A stretch of 64,000 nt of DNA from a virus. The notes under the pieces were generated by a model. That model was not told the origin of the DNA. It ran no database searches and worked only from the letters and a program-made list of their open reading frames with translations. Both the position numbers and the translations under genes were made by a program. The stretch lies in the IMG/VR virus record IMGVR_UViG_3300024999_000040, positions 32,001 to 96,000 of that record, one strand, 5' to 3'. Each line of letters starts with the position of its first letter. The first letter of the stretch is position 1. Shown in pieces: positions 37,192 through 47,325 of the stretch.

Positions 37192-37529
37192 ATTGATTCA
37201 CCATCTTTTTTATTTTCTTCTATACACCTGACCATATAGTCATAAAGTTCATCTAATGTTTTAACACTAATTTCCTTCTCTCCGTATTCACCGTAAAAAA
37301 TAACCCTATTATCTTCTTCGTACAGCCACCAAGACAATAAATCATTCCCATCTGTGCGTTCAAAATCTTCAGCAATCATATTTAATAATTCATCCATTAA
37401 ATAAGTTCCTATAACTGCAACGGTATGTCCATCACAGATTTTACTCACTAAAACGTTTAGCGTATCTTGTTCCGATTGAAAGTTCATTATTAGTTCCATA
37501 CGCTTTTTGAACAATTCTCTTGTCATCAT
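37188..37529 (-). CDS. Hypothetical protein
   Basis: LSWWLYE...TLDELYDY pattern. Confidence 0.6.
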   Translation of the reverse strand: MMTRELFKKRMELIMNFQSEQDTLNVLVSKICDGHTVAVIGTYLMDELLNMIAEDFERTDGNDLLSWWLYEEDNRVIFYGEYGEKEISVKTLDELYDYMVRCIEENKKDGESI

Positions 37530-37714
37530 AATTTTATCCTCTCTATTACCCTAATTATCCAACATCCAATTCTTTCACAGTAAGAGAGTCCCAAACCAAT
37601 TAATACACAAATTAACAAAGCAAGAAATCCAAAGCCTACGAAGATTCCTGCTAGTGTGAGTTCAAACAAAATTTTGCATTTATTTTTATAGTTTATATAT
37701 GACATGTTTAGCAC
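37526..37714 (-). CDS. Small membrane protein
   Basis: One long hydrophobic segment. Confidence 0.5.
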   Translation of the reverse strand: MLNMSYINYKNKCKILFELTLAGIFVGFGFLALLICVLIGLGLSYCERIGCWIIRVIERIKL

Positions 37715-37770
37715 TCTCCTTTCGTTTGGTTATAAATACTGTGTAGTTTTTATTACTATATTTGTTTTGT

Positions 37771-38337
37771 TTACAATAACAAATTCCCTAAATCATTCCA
37801 ATTCACAGTTCTTATTCCATTCCAAGTATTATTCAATTCATTAACTTCTCCAAAGCAAATCTTATAATCCGCATTACTACTGATTAAGTTTTTTTCTGAA
37901 TCATCAATAATTATTGAATTTTCACCTGACATATTTACAACTGATTTATCCATTTTGCAATGTTTTTTCATTAACAAAATAGACTCATTAATGAATGGTA
38001 AATTTTCTTCAATCCACCATGCTTTATATGCAAGATTAGAAGGTATTCCGATTGAACATATTCTAACATCATATTCCTGACATATTTCTTTAAGAATTCT
38101 TTTTGTATTTGGATTAATAAATTCAACTACTTCAAAGAAACGTTTACTTCCAAATATTTCATCAACGTGATCTAATAAAGTACACTGATCTAATAAATGC
38201 ATGGGTTCTGCTTTATACCAATCTGCTTTTATGAAATTAGGATGCTTTATGTATTTTTCGTTGTAAACGTCCATGAACGCTTTAATTGAGTCAACTATTG
38301 TTGAGTCATAATCCAGAAATATTTTTTGTTTACTCAT
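37771..38337 (-). CDS. 5'(3')-deoxyribonucleotidase-like HAD phosphatase
   Basis: FLDYDSTIVDS, K and IIIDD motifs. Confidence 0.75.
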   Translation of the reverse strand: MSKQKIFLDYDSTIVDSIKAFMDVYNEKYIKHPNFIKADWYKAEPMHLLDQCTLLDHVDEIFGSKRFFEVVEFINPNTKRILKEICQEYDVRICSIGIPSNLAYKAWWIEENLPFINESILLMKKHCKMDKSVVNMSGENSIIIDDSEKNLISSNADYKICFGEVNELNNTWNGIRTVNWNDLGNLLL

Positions 38338-38875
38338 TGTTTCCTCCATTGAGATATTCAACAAACTTATTAACTTCCATTTGTAAATAGCCTTCTCCAC
38401 TTAGAGATTTCAAATAATAATCAAAAGTAAAGTTATCCAATGCTATTTCTGAAAGGTGCAATCTTTGTTCAGGAGTTAAATGATTTTCAAATCCAATTCT
38501 TTCAATATGTAATGAAATAACATCCCATCCAAAATCTTTAAGATAATTTATTTCGTTAGGAAAGCGTGTATCTGGTATTAAAAAATAATCAAAATCATCA
38601 TCAAATACATCTATGAACATTTCAATTAATTCAACCCAAAAGTTAAGATTCCTAGTTCTTACTTTTTCTGTGCCTATTTGCTGAAGAATAGTTCTACCTT
38701 TTTCATCTTTATTACCATCCCAACCAAAATATTGTTTGCATATGTATTTTAAGTAATCTGCATAATGAATAATTAATACTTTTTTACCTAAATATTCTAA
38801 TTTATCTTTTAGGATTGTTGCGGTTAAGTCTTTACCATGTTCTGCTTTTGCAGATAGAGTTATTATTTTACTCAT
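38330..38875 (-). CDS. Deoxynucleoside monophosphate kinase
   Basis: SAKAEHGKD P-loop, LQQIGTE..R and DTRFPNE. Confidence 0.8.
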   Translation of the reverse strand: MSKIITLSAKAEHGKDLTATILKDKLEYLGKKVLIIHYADYLKYICKQYFGWDGNKDEKGRTILQQIGTEKVRTRNLNFWVELIEMFIDVFDDDFDYFLIPDTRFPNEINYLKDFGWDVISLHIERIGFENHLTPEQRLHLSEIALDNFTFDYYLKSLSGEGYLQMEVNKFVEYLNGGNNE

Positions 38876-38888
38876 TATTATATCCTTT

Positions 38889-39518
38889 CTATTCAATTGT
38901 CTCAATATCTCCAAATATTTCAGGTAGAATTCTCTTAAAATCATTTAATACTGGAATAGCAACTTCACGCATTTGGGGATGTGCTGCTTTAGCAGTTCTA
39001 AGTTTAAAGAAATGTCTAAATTCTCTGAGATTCATTGTAACAACTATTTCAGTTTTAAGTGAATTAGGTAGTACTGAACGTGCTTCTTGTGGTGTTGCAC
39101 CATGGTCTATTAGACTAAGATAACTTGTTTCTGCAAATTTACAAGAAGATTCCCAAATTGCATAATTTATACTATCTTCTTCCCAAAATAAAGGTTTAAT
39201 AACAGTAATTTCATTTCCGAATTTACCACTACTATAATTTACGTACCTTGTTGATTCTTGTGCATAAGAAGCTATCCTATGTCTTACTATCTCATGGCTA
39301 ACTCCCCTGTCACAAATAAATTTTACTGTGACATTATAATGCTCTATCATAGCTTCATGTCCTCTATTGATAAGCATTGATACAAACTTACTTGCTGAAT
39401 CTTCAGTAATGCTACTCTCTGATTTATAGCATACCCTTCCTGAAAGTTCTAGTGTCTTTAATATTTCTGATCTGTTGATTGGTGTCATAATCTCATATGA
39501 CGGTTTGATAATTTTCAT
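38889..39518 (-). CDS. thyX: FAD-dependent thymidylate synthase
   Basis: SHEIVRHRIASYAQESTRY, ARSVLP and LR...AAHPQMR. Confidence 0.95.
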   Translation of the reverse strand: MKIIKPSYEIMTPINRSEILKTLELSGRVCYKSESSITEDSASKFVSMLINRGHEAMIEHYNVTVKFICDRGVSHEIVRHRIASYAQESTRYVNYSSGKFGNEITVIKPLFWEEDSINYAIWESSCKFAETSYLSLIDHGATPQEARSVLPNSLKTEIVVTMNLREFRHFFKLRTAKAAHPQMREVAIPVLNDFKRILPEIFGDIETIE

Positions 39519-39597
39519 AACCCTTTAAAACCTCACTTTTGTTGGCTTATTTTTAATTTATTTATACTTATTATTATATCAATTTAGTTTAACTTTG

Positions 39598-39792
39598 TCA
39601 ATACTTACTTTTCAATATGTCATGTCTTAAATAACTACTATCTACATACTTTTCACAATTATTTAAAATACTCGTATCTAACTCTTTAAGTTCTACACCT
39701 CGACATGTACAATACTCTACAACCCTTTTGTTTGGATTATTACAATAATAGAATATACAACGTTTACTAGTACCCATTTCATGGCATTTCAT
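39598..39792 (-). CDS. Small Cys-rich hypothetical protein
   Basis: ORF with GAGGTG RBS. Confidence 0.5.
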   Translation of the reverse strand: MKCHEMGTSKRCIFYYCNNPNKRVVEYCTCRGVELKELDTSILNNCEKYVDSSYLRHDILKSKY

Positions 39793-39859
39793 ATTGACAC
39801 CTCTTTCTGCTTGCGTTTTTTGAATTGTTAGTGTAAAGGAGAAAGGGATTGTTAGTCCC

Positions 39860-40324
39860 TTAATTACTTGAGCCTATACCACCTATTCTATCACTATTAG
39901 ATTCACTGTTGTCTGCTACAAGATAATTCATAAAAACACCTTGACAAATTCTTTCACCTACTTCGATAGTTTTAATGAAAATAGAATTATTAAATAAGCA
40001 AACACCTATATTTCCATCGTTGTCCTTATTTTGATAATAATCTCCATCTATCACAGCAACAGAATTAGCTAGTGTAAGATACTTTTTAATACCAATTGAA
40101 CTGCGTATATAAAGCATTAATACTTCATTTTCACACATATATGCTTTAATATCAGTCCATATTACTTGTTTTTCTCCTGGTTGAATATCAATGGTAATAG
40201 GACTATAGAAATCTATACCAGCAGAATGTTTTGTTGCTCTTGTTGGTAGAATTATTTCTTTGTCTGGATGCTTTCTATATTGATCTGAAACTATTTCAAA
40301 TCCTCTCGTTTTTACTATATTCAC
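39860..40324 (-). CDS. dut: Trimeric dUTPase
   Basis: SAGIDF, RSS, VIDGDY, GERICQ and RIGGIGSS. Confidence 0.93.
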   Translation of the reverse strand: MNIVKTRGFEIVSDQYRKHPDKEIILPTRATKHSAGIDFYSPITIDIQPGEKQVIWTDIKAYMCENEVLMLYIRSSIGIKKYLTLANSVAVIDGDYYQNKDNDGNIGVCLFNNSIFIKTIEVGERICQGVFMNYLVADNSESNSDRIGGIGSSN

Positions 40325-40341
40325 TTATTTAACCTCTCTCA

Positions 40342-40821
40342 TTAACTTATTTTTATAGCAAATTGATTTTGTGAAACCAGATATACACCTAAAACTTCAT
40401 CCCATATTCCATTACTATTAGGTATATATCTGCCGAACTTAATAAATATATTATTATATTTTTTAAGCATTTCAACTTCTTCTATAATCTCTTCAGGATA
40501 ATACCCTGTATAAATCACAACATCGTCATTACACTTTTTCCTGAACTGATATATAAAAAACAATATTTCTAATAGTTGCTTTATTGGCTCTAATCCAGCT
40601 ATAACAATAGCCTGAGTAATTGGATTACTAAGGTATCTATTAATAATTTTATCAACAGATACCTCAATATTATCTTGATGTGCTAATTCTGAATTTTGAC
40701 AGATATGTATATCTAAATCCTTTTCAACTAGACACTTCCAATCACAGAAACAAGTAGCCAACATCATAGAAGGTTTTTTATAATCTTGAAAGTCTTCGTC
40801 TATAATGTTTTTTAATTTCAT
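40342..40821 (-). CDS. nrdG: Anaerobic RNR activating radical-SAM enzyme
   Basis: CDWKC....CQN, GLEP and IYTGY, adjacent to nrdD. Confidence 0.85.
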   Translation of the reverse strand: MKLKNIIDEDFQDYKKPSMMLATCFCDWKCLVEKDLDIHICQNSELAHQDNIEVSVDKIINRYLSNPITQAIVIAGLEPIKQLLEILFFIYQFRKKCNDDVVIYTGYYPEEIIEEVEMLKKYNNIFIKFGRYIPNSNGIWDEVLGVYLVSQNQFAIKIS

Positions 40822-42732
40822 TTAATCATCCATAGAATACCATTTTCTACTATAATATTCTTCTCTTCTTTCTTTACTATAATTATTTGTGGCAACAAGG
40901 AAACCAACAATGCGACTGTATTCATCTGTTTTTCCTTCACCACAAGTAGGACATATATTTCCAAAGAATCCATGATTGTGTTGACATACAGATATTTTAG
41001 GATTATATGCAAAATACAATACACCTGATTTTGCAATATGATTTAAAAGATTCCAAGATTGTTCCTCGTTTGCAAATTTCCCTTGTAGAGATACATGCAT
41101 TATTTGACCTCCACCACACTTTTTATCAAGTATAGCACCTAGTCTAATTTTTTCTTCAAGGGTACATTTTTCCATCAAGGGTATCCATTGATTTGAATAA
41201 ATAAAGTGTTTTTTTCTATCAAATAACATATTATCTTTTTTACATAACTTTATGTTGGCAGTTTCGGCAGGTATTATTTCAACTCCTATGTTATAACCTA
41301 AATTATAAGAATCTTGAACATCATTTATTGTATCCATTATTTTTATTGAGAAATCAATACCTTCAGGTGTGTAGTATTTATTGCCAAACTCATCAGCATA
41401 GATCATACCTAATTCGTCAATTACTTCATACATTGCTGTAGCACCATTAGTAACAGACTGGTTTTCTAATTTAATAACTCCATTTGAATAATTAGGTAAT
41501 AATCCTTTTTCAATATTGCGTTTAATAATATGTCTTACCGTATCTAATACCTCAATATTCAATCTAACCCTTTGTTCAAGCAATTGTAAATACAAATCTT
41601 TATCGCCATTGCTTTCAAGGGCTATTCTCATGAGATTAATAGTACTTACCTTTACTGAACCTATTTCAGTTAGGCTACCACCTATTGATGATAAAAACTG
41701 CTTGTTAAGTTTACTAATATCATTAGTCATTCTACAACAAGAAGCTAAATTAGTCACAGAATCACCAATATAGAAATTACTATCATACCATTCCATATTA
41801 TGACGATTTGACCATTGAGCAAATTCTTCATCAACAAACTTTCCATTTTGATAAAGTAAACTAAAAGTTAAAACAGGAAATGTAAGCATAACTGTTTTAC
41901 GTGTTTCTGACACAACTTCCATAAATACTTTTTGATGTTCAATAATTTCTTCAAGATAATCTATTACATATGTACCATCTGGATATTGTCTATCTCCAAA
42001 TATTTCAGATATATAATTTCTATCCATGATAATAATATTTGTAAATGGACTTTGAGTAATTCTTCCATGTATTTGATTAATTTCGAAAATAAACTGTTGG
42101 AAAAATTGTCTTCTATAATAATCTGGATTCTTTAAAAAATACTCTTGTGCTACATCATTTTTCCAAAAATAATATGAATAGATAAAAAACGAAGGTAATG
42201 CACATGCACCTGAAGTACGATTTGATACCCAAACAATAAATTCTCTTAAATGAGCAGCAAACGTGGTTAAATGCTTTGCAACTGATTTATTAGTTTTAGG
42301 TAAGAAGTGCAATCCTTTTTCAACCAAATCCTGTAATTCGTAAGCATAGCAGTAACTATAAAAACTTGAACTAGGAGCATCGTGCATATATAAAGCACCT
42401 GTCCATTCTGCTTCAAGCCATTCTTCTGCTCTTTTTAATCCATATTTCTTTATCATTTCATAGAATATTTTATTAAATGACAAAAGTTTTGTATGGGGCT
42501 TATCTATTTCTGATAGTAATGATCTTACATCTTTTACACTACTATTTGCGTTACTATCTATTGTGGCATCTACAGGATTATTTGTATCTACAAAATTATC
42601 TATGAAATCTGTAAAATTTAGGTTACTTGAATGAAACCCATTGATTTTTTCAAATTCTTCTCCATATTTTTCAGAAAGTTTATTATAACAAGCCACAAAA
42701 TTTTTATTAAGTTTAAGTCCTTTTATGTCCAT
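40822..42732 (-). CDS. nrdD: Class III ribonucleotide reductase (no ATP cone, SCCR type)
   Basis: YMHD, YCYAY, QSPFTN, ASCCR, C-terminal zinc site and SRIVGF glycyl loop. Confidence 0.92.
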   Translation of the reverse strand: MDIKGLKLNKNFVACYNKLSEKYGEEFEKINGFHSSNLNFTDFIDNFVDTNNPVDATIDSNANSSVKDVRSLLSEIDKPHTKLLSFNKIFYEMIKKYGLKRAEEWLEAEWTGALYMHDAPSSSFYSYCYAYELQDLVEKGLHFLPKTNKSVAKHLTTFAAHLREFIVWVSNRTSGACALPSFFIYSYYFWKNDVAQEYFLKNPDYYRRQFFQQFIFEINQIHGRITQSPFTNIIIMDRNYISEIFGDRQYPDGTYVIDYLEEIIEHQKVFMEVVSETRKTVMLTFPVLTFSLLYQNGKFVDEEFAQWSNRHNMEWYDSNFYIGDSVTNLASCCRMTNDISKLNKQFLSSIGGSLTEIGSVKVSTINLMRIALESNGDKDLYLQLLEQRVRLNIEVLDTVRHIIKRNIEKGLLPNYSNGVIKLENQSVTNGATAMYEVIDELGMIYADEFGNKYYTPEGIDFSIKIMDTINDVQDSYNLGYNIGVEIIPAETANIKLCKKDNMLFDRKKHFIYSNQWIPLMEKCTLEEKIRLGAILDKKCGGGQIMHVSLQGKFANEEQSWNLLNHIAKSGVLYFAYNPKISVCQHNHGFFGNICPTCGEGKTDEYSRIVGFLVATNNYSKERREEYYSRKWYSMDD

Positions 42733-42733
42733 T

Positions 42734-42934
42734 CTATATCTCCTTGATCCAATTAATTGCGTCTAAATAATTAAGTACTTTATTATCTATTTCTATCATT
42801 GGTACACTTCTAAATCCCTTTGCCTTCATAACTTCAATATCAGAATTTGTTGAATATACAATTCCTTTTTCTTCTAGTTTTGCTTTCAATATCTTACATT
42901 TTGGACATTCGGTTGTATATAAAATTACCGCCAA
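42734..42934 (-). CDS. nrdH: NrdH/glutaredoxin-like protein
   Basis: LYTTECPKC...FRSVPMI. Confidence 0.8.
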   Translation of the reverse strand: MAVILYTTECPKCKILKAKLEEKGIVYSTNSDIEVMKAKGFRSVPMIEIDNKVLNYLDAINWIKEI

Positions 42935-42948
42935 AATTCTGCCTCCTA

Positions 42949-43200
42949 TTATATATTATTATTTTCTTCAATTTTCTCACTTTCACTTTCTCTTACTGCT
43001 CTACCATCCACTTCAGTAAAGAAATGATAATTATCATGTATGCAAACATAACTTAAATCAGCATAACCCTGATTCTGTGAATTAGGAGACACACCAATTG
43101 CTCTCCAACATTCGTTCTTTCGTTCACAATGTTCTGAAATACAAAAACTAAGTCCCAATATTATATCACCTCTATTCTGCTCTATATCCGCATTCTTCAC
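42949..43200 (-). CDS. Cys-rich hypothetical protein
   Basis: FC...C.RK.ECWRA. Confidence 0.5.
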   Translation of the reverse strand: MKNADIEQNRGDIILGLSFCISEHCERKNECWRAIGVSPNSQNQGYADLSYVCIHDNYHFFTEVDGRAVRESESEKIEENNNI

Positions 43201-43321
43201 AGACTAATACTGCACAACGTTCATAAACTATTCTGCCCATATACTCTCTCGGTTCTCTCCATGTATCCCAATGCATCTCATTGCCACATATTGGACAATA
43301 CCATTCTTCTTCTGAATACAT
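43172..43321 (-). CDS. Small zinc-ribbon protein (49 aa, not in the ORF track)
   Basis: MYSEEEWYCPICGNEM...LVCEECGY. Confidence 0.55.
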   Translation of the reverse strand: MYSEEEWYCPICGNEMHWDTWREPREYMGRIVYERCAVLVCEECGYRAE

Positions 43322-43362
43322 ATCATTTTCTTCATTCATTTTATAATATTATCACCTGCTTT

Positions 43363-43569
43363 CTATTCCTTCATTTTATTATTAACTACATTCCAATCTT
43401 GAGAAGTACATATTTTCTTGTTCTCTGTGTGATTGTACAAAGACCAGATATTATTGTGAAGAGTAATAATAAAAACAGAATTTCCCACTAACTCCTGTTG
43501 CATTATTTCTTCATTTTTATATTTCTTTGATTTTACATGCTCAAAAATATTGATCACCTCTGTTGCCAA
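43363..43569 (-). CDS. Hypothetical protein
   Basis: ORF in a co-oriented cluster. Confidence 0.45.
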   Translation of the reverse strand: MATEVINIFEHVKSKKYKNEEIMQQELVGNSVFIITLHNNIWSLYNHTENKKICTSQDWNVVNNKMKE

Positions 43570-43694
43570 TTGAAATAAATTCTACCGCACTTCTTACAAG
43601 TAGCTTTCTTATCTTTAAACCAATTCAAATCTTCATCTTTACATCCAGTAAAAGTATGTATTATAAAATAAATTAACCACATAAAATACTCCTT

Positions 43695-43892
43695 TTAGAT
43701 ACAAATATTTGCTTCTTTCAATAATCTTTTAGCTAATGGTCTTGATAATTCTCTACCATGAAAAGGCAATGTAATTATCCTATTACAACCATTTTTCACA
43801 AATGATACATGAGTACCACCATGACTACGGTGCCAGCCATTTGATATTAAAATTCCAGTAAATTCTCTAGGTGAAAATCCTTGCATACGCAT
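43695..43892 (-). CDS. HicA-like mRNA interferase (orphan)
   Basis: REF..IL..NGW.R..GGTH..F.K......TLPFHG.EL...LAKRLLKEA. Confidence 0.75.
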   Translation of the reverse strand: MRMQGFSPREFTGILISNGWHRSHGGTHVSFVKNGCNRIITLPFHGRELSRPLAKRLLKEANICI

Positions 43893-44112
43893 ATTATGTA
43901 TTCTCCTTTCTATATTATATTTTCTTTATTTAACTTTTTGTTTTTTCTTTTAAAATTTGTTTGCATTCTTGAATACTTTCATCAATAGAGCAATTATTTT
44001 TACCAGATAAAACAATTAATTCTGCTATGAACATAACATCTTTATCGGGTATTTTTTCTGTATCAATTTTAATAATCATTTATATATTACCTTTCTCAAT
44101 AAAATGTATTTT

Positions 44113-44505
44113 CTATTGGGTTTGTTCCTGATTCAATCTTTCACATTCTTTTTCGGCTTCTTCTCTGTTTATAAATAACTTATCTTCCGAAATATCATTC
44201 ATTAAATCAAAAGTATCATACTCTCCTGAAAAATATGAAAGATTATAATAAAATCCATCTCTTAAATTTTCAATATATAATCCAGTAACTACATAAGGAC
44301 AAAATTTATCAACAGAAAATTCTATATATTCTTCTCTTGTTTTACCTATGCCATTACATCTAGAACAATCTAAATTGAAAGTTTCTATTAATACTTTTCC
44401 TGTACCATTACAAGTATTACAGTCTATAATAGCACCTTTTTTCTTATTGCACTGAATTCTATATACTTCATTACCGAAGTTAAACTTAGGTTTTGGTAGT
44501 TGCAT
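44113..44505 (-). CDS. DnaJ-type zinc finger (CxxCxGxG) protein
   Basis: CNTCNGTG and CSRCNGIG. Confidence 0.65.
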   Translation of the reverse strand: MQLPKPKFNFGNEVYRIQCNKKKGAIIDCNTCNGTGKVLIETFNLDCSRCNGIGKTREEYIEFSVDKFCPYVVTGLYIENLRDGFYYNLSYFSGEYDTFDLMNDISEDKLFINREEAEKECERLNQEQTQ

Positions 44506-44716
44506 ATTTTAATTCCTCTTTTCTCGAAATACTTTGAATGCATTCTTTTATTGTTCTACTTTTCTTCACATACTTCAACATTAATTTCACAAACAAAATC
44601 ATAAGTATCATATTTTGAAATAACGTCTAATAATTCTTGTAACTGTTCGTAGCCTTTACATTCATAACTTTCGCCTTCTCTTTTAATTGTAAATTTTAAC
44701 ATAACCTACTCCTTTC

Positions 44717-45106
44717 TTACCACTTTCTAGTATCCGTAAAATCAATTTCACATTTACACTGAGAACATACACCTGTAACATAACCACCTATACCGGTATT
44801 ACCTTCAAATAGTTCTAATGGAATTTTACAAGTATTACAATTAGCATATATCTTACCTTCATATGTATCTGTATATCCATCTGCCTTACCTTTATATTCC
44901 ATTTCTTTGTGTTGATCTAAAAACCAATTAGCAGACATTGAATTTGATTGAACTGCTTTAAGTTTTCTTAGTTCTTCATTTAAGCTATTTTCTTCTTGTT
45001 GTAAAATTTCTCTCCTAAATTGTGTGTTTTGAACTTCTTTCCATAGATTATCATCTTCTGTTTCTATGGATACTAACCGATTTTGGATTTCTATAATTCT
45101 ATCCAT
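44717..45106 (-). CDS. Coiled-coil plus zinc-ribbon hypothetical protein
   Basis: CNTC and CSQC. Confidence 0.55.
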   Translation of the reverse strand: MDRIIEIQNRLVSIETEDDNLWKEVQNTQFRREILQQEENSLNEELRKLKAVQSNSMSANWFLDQHKEMEYKGKADGYTDTYEGKIYANCNTCKIPLELFEGNTGIGGYVTGVCSQCKCEIDFTDTRKW

Positions 45107-45114
45107 ATTTTCTC

Positions 45115-45531
45115 CTAATCAACCGTTGTAACTTCAACAGGCAAAATCATTTTTGGATTAAAGTTAATTTGATACTTATATTTGTTTATGGTAGTAGTAC
45201 CTAAATCCTCAACTATATAGCTAATGTCTTTTGATAAAAATACAAAATGTTTGTAGAAAGTACCATTTTCATTTTCACCTATAACAGCTAAATCACCATC
45301 AGTTTCTTTCTCGATTGAAAAATTACCTGTCATTTGAAATAGAATTGCTGTATTACCGTCCTCTGCTCTTGTGTTTATTACTGTCAATTTTCTTGCAACG
45401 TTGAAATTGTCTGCTTGCAATGAAAGATTGTAACTGACAGTATTTGCTTGACGTTGTTCACAACCCGAGAATACCAATATTGACATAATTGCTACGAGTG
45501 TGATAATAACATTCCTTTTTGATTTAAACAT
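45115..45531 (-). CDS. Conserved phage lipoprotein
   Basis: Lipobox FSGC, SYNLS.QADNF.V.RKLTVIN. Confidence 0.7.
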   Translation of the reverse strand: MFKSKRNVIITLVAIMSILVFSGCEQRQANTVSYNLSLQADNFNVARKLTVINTRAEDGNTAILFQMTGNFSIEKETDGDLAVIGENENGTFYKHFVFLSKDISYIVEDLGTTTINKYKYQINFNPKMILPVEVTTVD

Positions 45532-45604
45532 GATTTTTCTCCTTTATTATTTTAATTTTATTTGGTACAATTTTATTTTCCTTTAAATTCAACATTTCAT
45601 TATC

Positions 45605-46003
45605 TTATGTCTTATTTATTTCAATTATAATATTTTCAATAATATCCTCTGTATTTTCTATCATGAAAAACGTCGGATGGTTGTTTGTTTCATCCATCCA
45701 TCTTTCCAATGCTTCATTAAGCATATCTTCAAGTTTCTGTTTTTCTTCTTTAGTATAATCTAGATATCCTTCTGAACATTCACCACATTGATCATAAGCA
45801 TTTTCTGAAATATAATCTAATACATTATCAACATCAATACTTGGAATAAAACAAGTTATTTGACCTACCTGATACGATTCCTCTTCTCTTTCTATTGCTT
45901 CTGCTCTACCTGTTTCAATAGCCTCTTCCCTTGTTTCAAAAAATTCACATTCATCCCAATGTTCTTCATCACCAAAATTGTACATCCATTGTCCTGTTTT
46001 CAT
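45605..46003 (-). CDS. Acidic hypothetical protein
   Basis: FETREEAIE motif. Confidence 0.6.
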   Translation of the reverse strand: MKTGQWMYNFGDEEHWDECEFFETREEAIETGRAEAIEREEESYQVGQITCFIPSIDVDNVLDYISENAYDQCGECSEGYLDYTKEEKQKLEDMLNEALERWMDETNNHPTFFMIENTEDIIENIIIEINKT

Positions 46004-46022
46004 AATTTTATATTTCCTTTCT

Positions 46023-46232
46023 TTAACTTACTTTTACAATATGAAATGTTGTTTTACATTTTGGACAAATAAATTTCAAACCATTATCTCTACTATATTC
46101 AAAACTCATTGTATCAATATCCATTGATTGAACGATATTTCCATTATCATCTTCAAACATATAATCCATATATGCTCTTTGACCACAATCACAAGTAATG
46201 TTTATCATATTTATATTCCTTTCTTTCGTCAT
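46023..46232 (-). CDS. Small zinc-ribbon protein
   Basis: CDCG and CPKC. Confidence 0.5.
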   Translation of the reverse strand: MTKERNINMINITCDCGQRAYMDYMFEDDNGNIVQSMDIDTMSFEYSRDNGLKFICPKCKTTFHIVKVS

Positions 46233-46237
46233 AAATA

Positions 46238-46537
46238 TTATATACTTTTTATAATCAACTCTAATCTACCACCAAGCAATTCCAACAATTTCTTAGTAAA
46301 AGCCTTATCATCATCTGAATCCATACATTCCATACTTGCGGTTAATATTAATTCTTCTTCTGGATTTTTAAAGTCTTCTCCGTCATTACCACTTCTCTTT
46401 ACAATATCAAGCGTTCCAAATCCAATTGTAGAACTCCAATAGATACGCATACCACCTTTATTGTACTTATGTTTGCTCCAGAAATCTATATTATCTATTT
46501 GTAGGTTGATATTATTTACATCGTTTTTTCTTGGCAT
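46238..46537 (-). CDS. Hypothetical protein
   Basis: W....GFG.L and MD..DDK.F.KKLL. Confidence 0.6.
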   Translation of the reverse strand: MPRKNDVNNINLQIDNIDFWSKHKYNKGGMRIYWSSTIGFGTLDIVKRSGNDGEDFKNPEEELILTASMECMDSDDDKAFTKKLLELLGGRLELIIKSI

Positions 46538-46585
46538 AGTTTTATCCTTTCTTTTACCTTATGAAATAGGATATATATTGGGTAT

Positions 46586-46632
46586 ACCATATATAGCATC
46601 AAAAATAAATTTTATATACTATATATGGTATG
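46586..46632. terminator. Hairpin downstream of the vWA gene
   Basis: ATACCATATATAG...CTATATATGGTAT. Confidence 0.55.
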
Positions 46633-46642
46633 GTTTTTTATA

Positions 46643-47266
46643 TTACTTTATCTCGTCATTCCAGTTATCTTGTATTTCTCCATCAGTTCTATAACTAGCA
46701 ACAGATTTACTAACGCTAGAATACAACGTTCCAATACCACGACTGTTTGCTGTATAATTCGAAGCAAACTGTCCAGATATTCCAAAATTCTGAGCCGTTG
46801 ATACAGCATCAATATTTGCACCAAGAAATAAGAACTTCCAACTATAGTTGTTTGTTTGATGCTTAATCATTTCCTTAACTTTACTTTGGGTAAATTCTTT
46901 ACTGGAATTTTCTTGACCATCTGTAGTAATTACAAAAATAACTTTAGAAGGTTTGTCTTCCTCTTTTGTCTTACTTAGTCTGTCACCTACAGTATTAATT
47001 GTTTTGCCTATAGCGTCTAATAATGCTGTCATTCCTCTTGCTGAATATTCTTTAGTTGTAAGTAGTTTTACTGCTTTAATGTCTACCCCATTATGAAGTA
47101 TTTCATATTGATCATCAAACAGTATTGTAGTGAGTATAGCTTCTCCGTCTTCCTGTTTCTGAATTTCAATAAATGAATTAAATCCACCTATTGTATCAGT
47201 TACTAAGTTACTCATAGAGCCACTTCTGTCGAGGATGAATACGATTTCAGTTAAATTGTCTTTCAT
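46643..47266 (-). CDS. von Willebrand factor A domain protein
   Basis: ILDRSGSM MIDAS, TALLDAIG, TTDGQENSS and FLFLGAN. Confidence 0.9.
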   Translation of the reverse strand: MKDNLTEIVFILDRSGSMSNLVTDTIGGFNSFIEIQKQEDGEAILTTILFDDQYEILHNGVDIKAVKLLTTKEYSARGMTALLDAIGKTINTVGDRLSKTKEEDKPSKVIFVITTDGQENSSKEFTQSKVKEMIKHQTNNYSWKFLFLGANIDAVSTAQNFGISGQFASNYTANSRGIGTLYSSVSKSVASYRTDGEIQDNWNDEIK

Positions 47267-47325
47267 GTTTTCTTAATCTCCTTTTATATTAATTTAATTT
47301 TACTTTAAAATTTCCGTTTCGTTGA

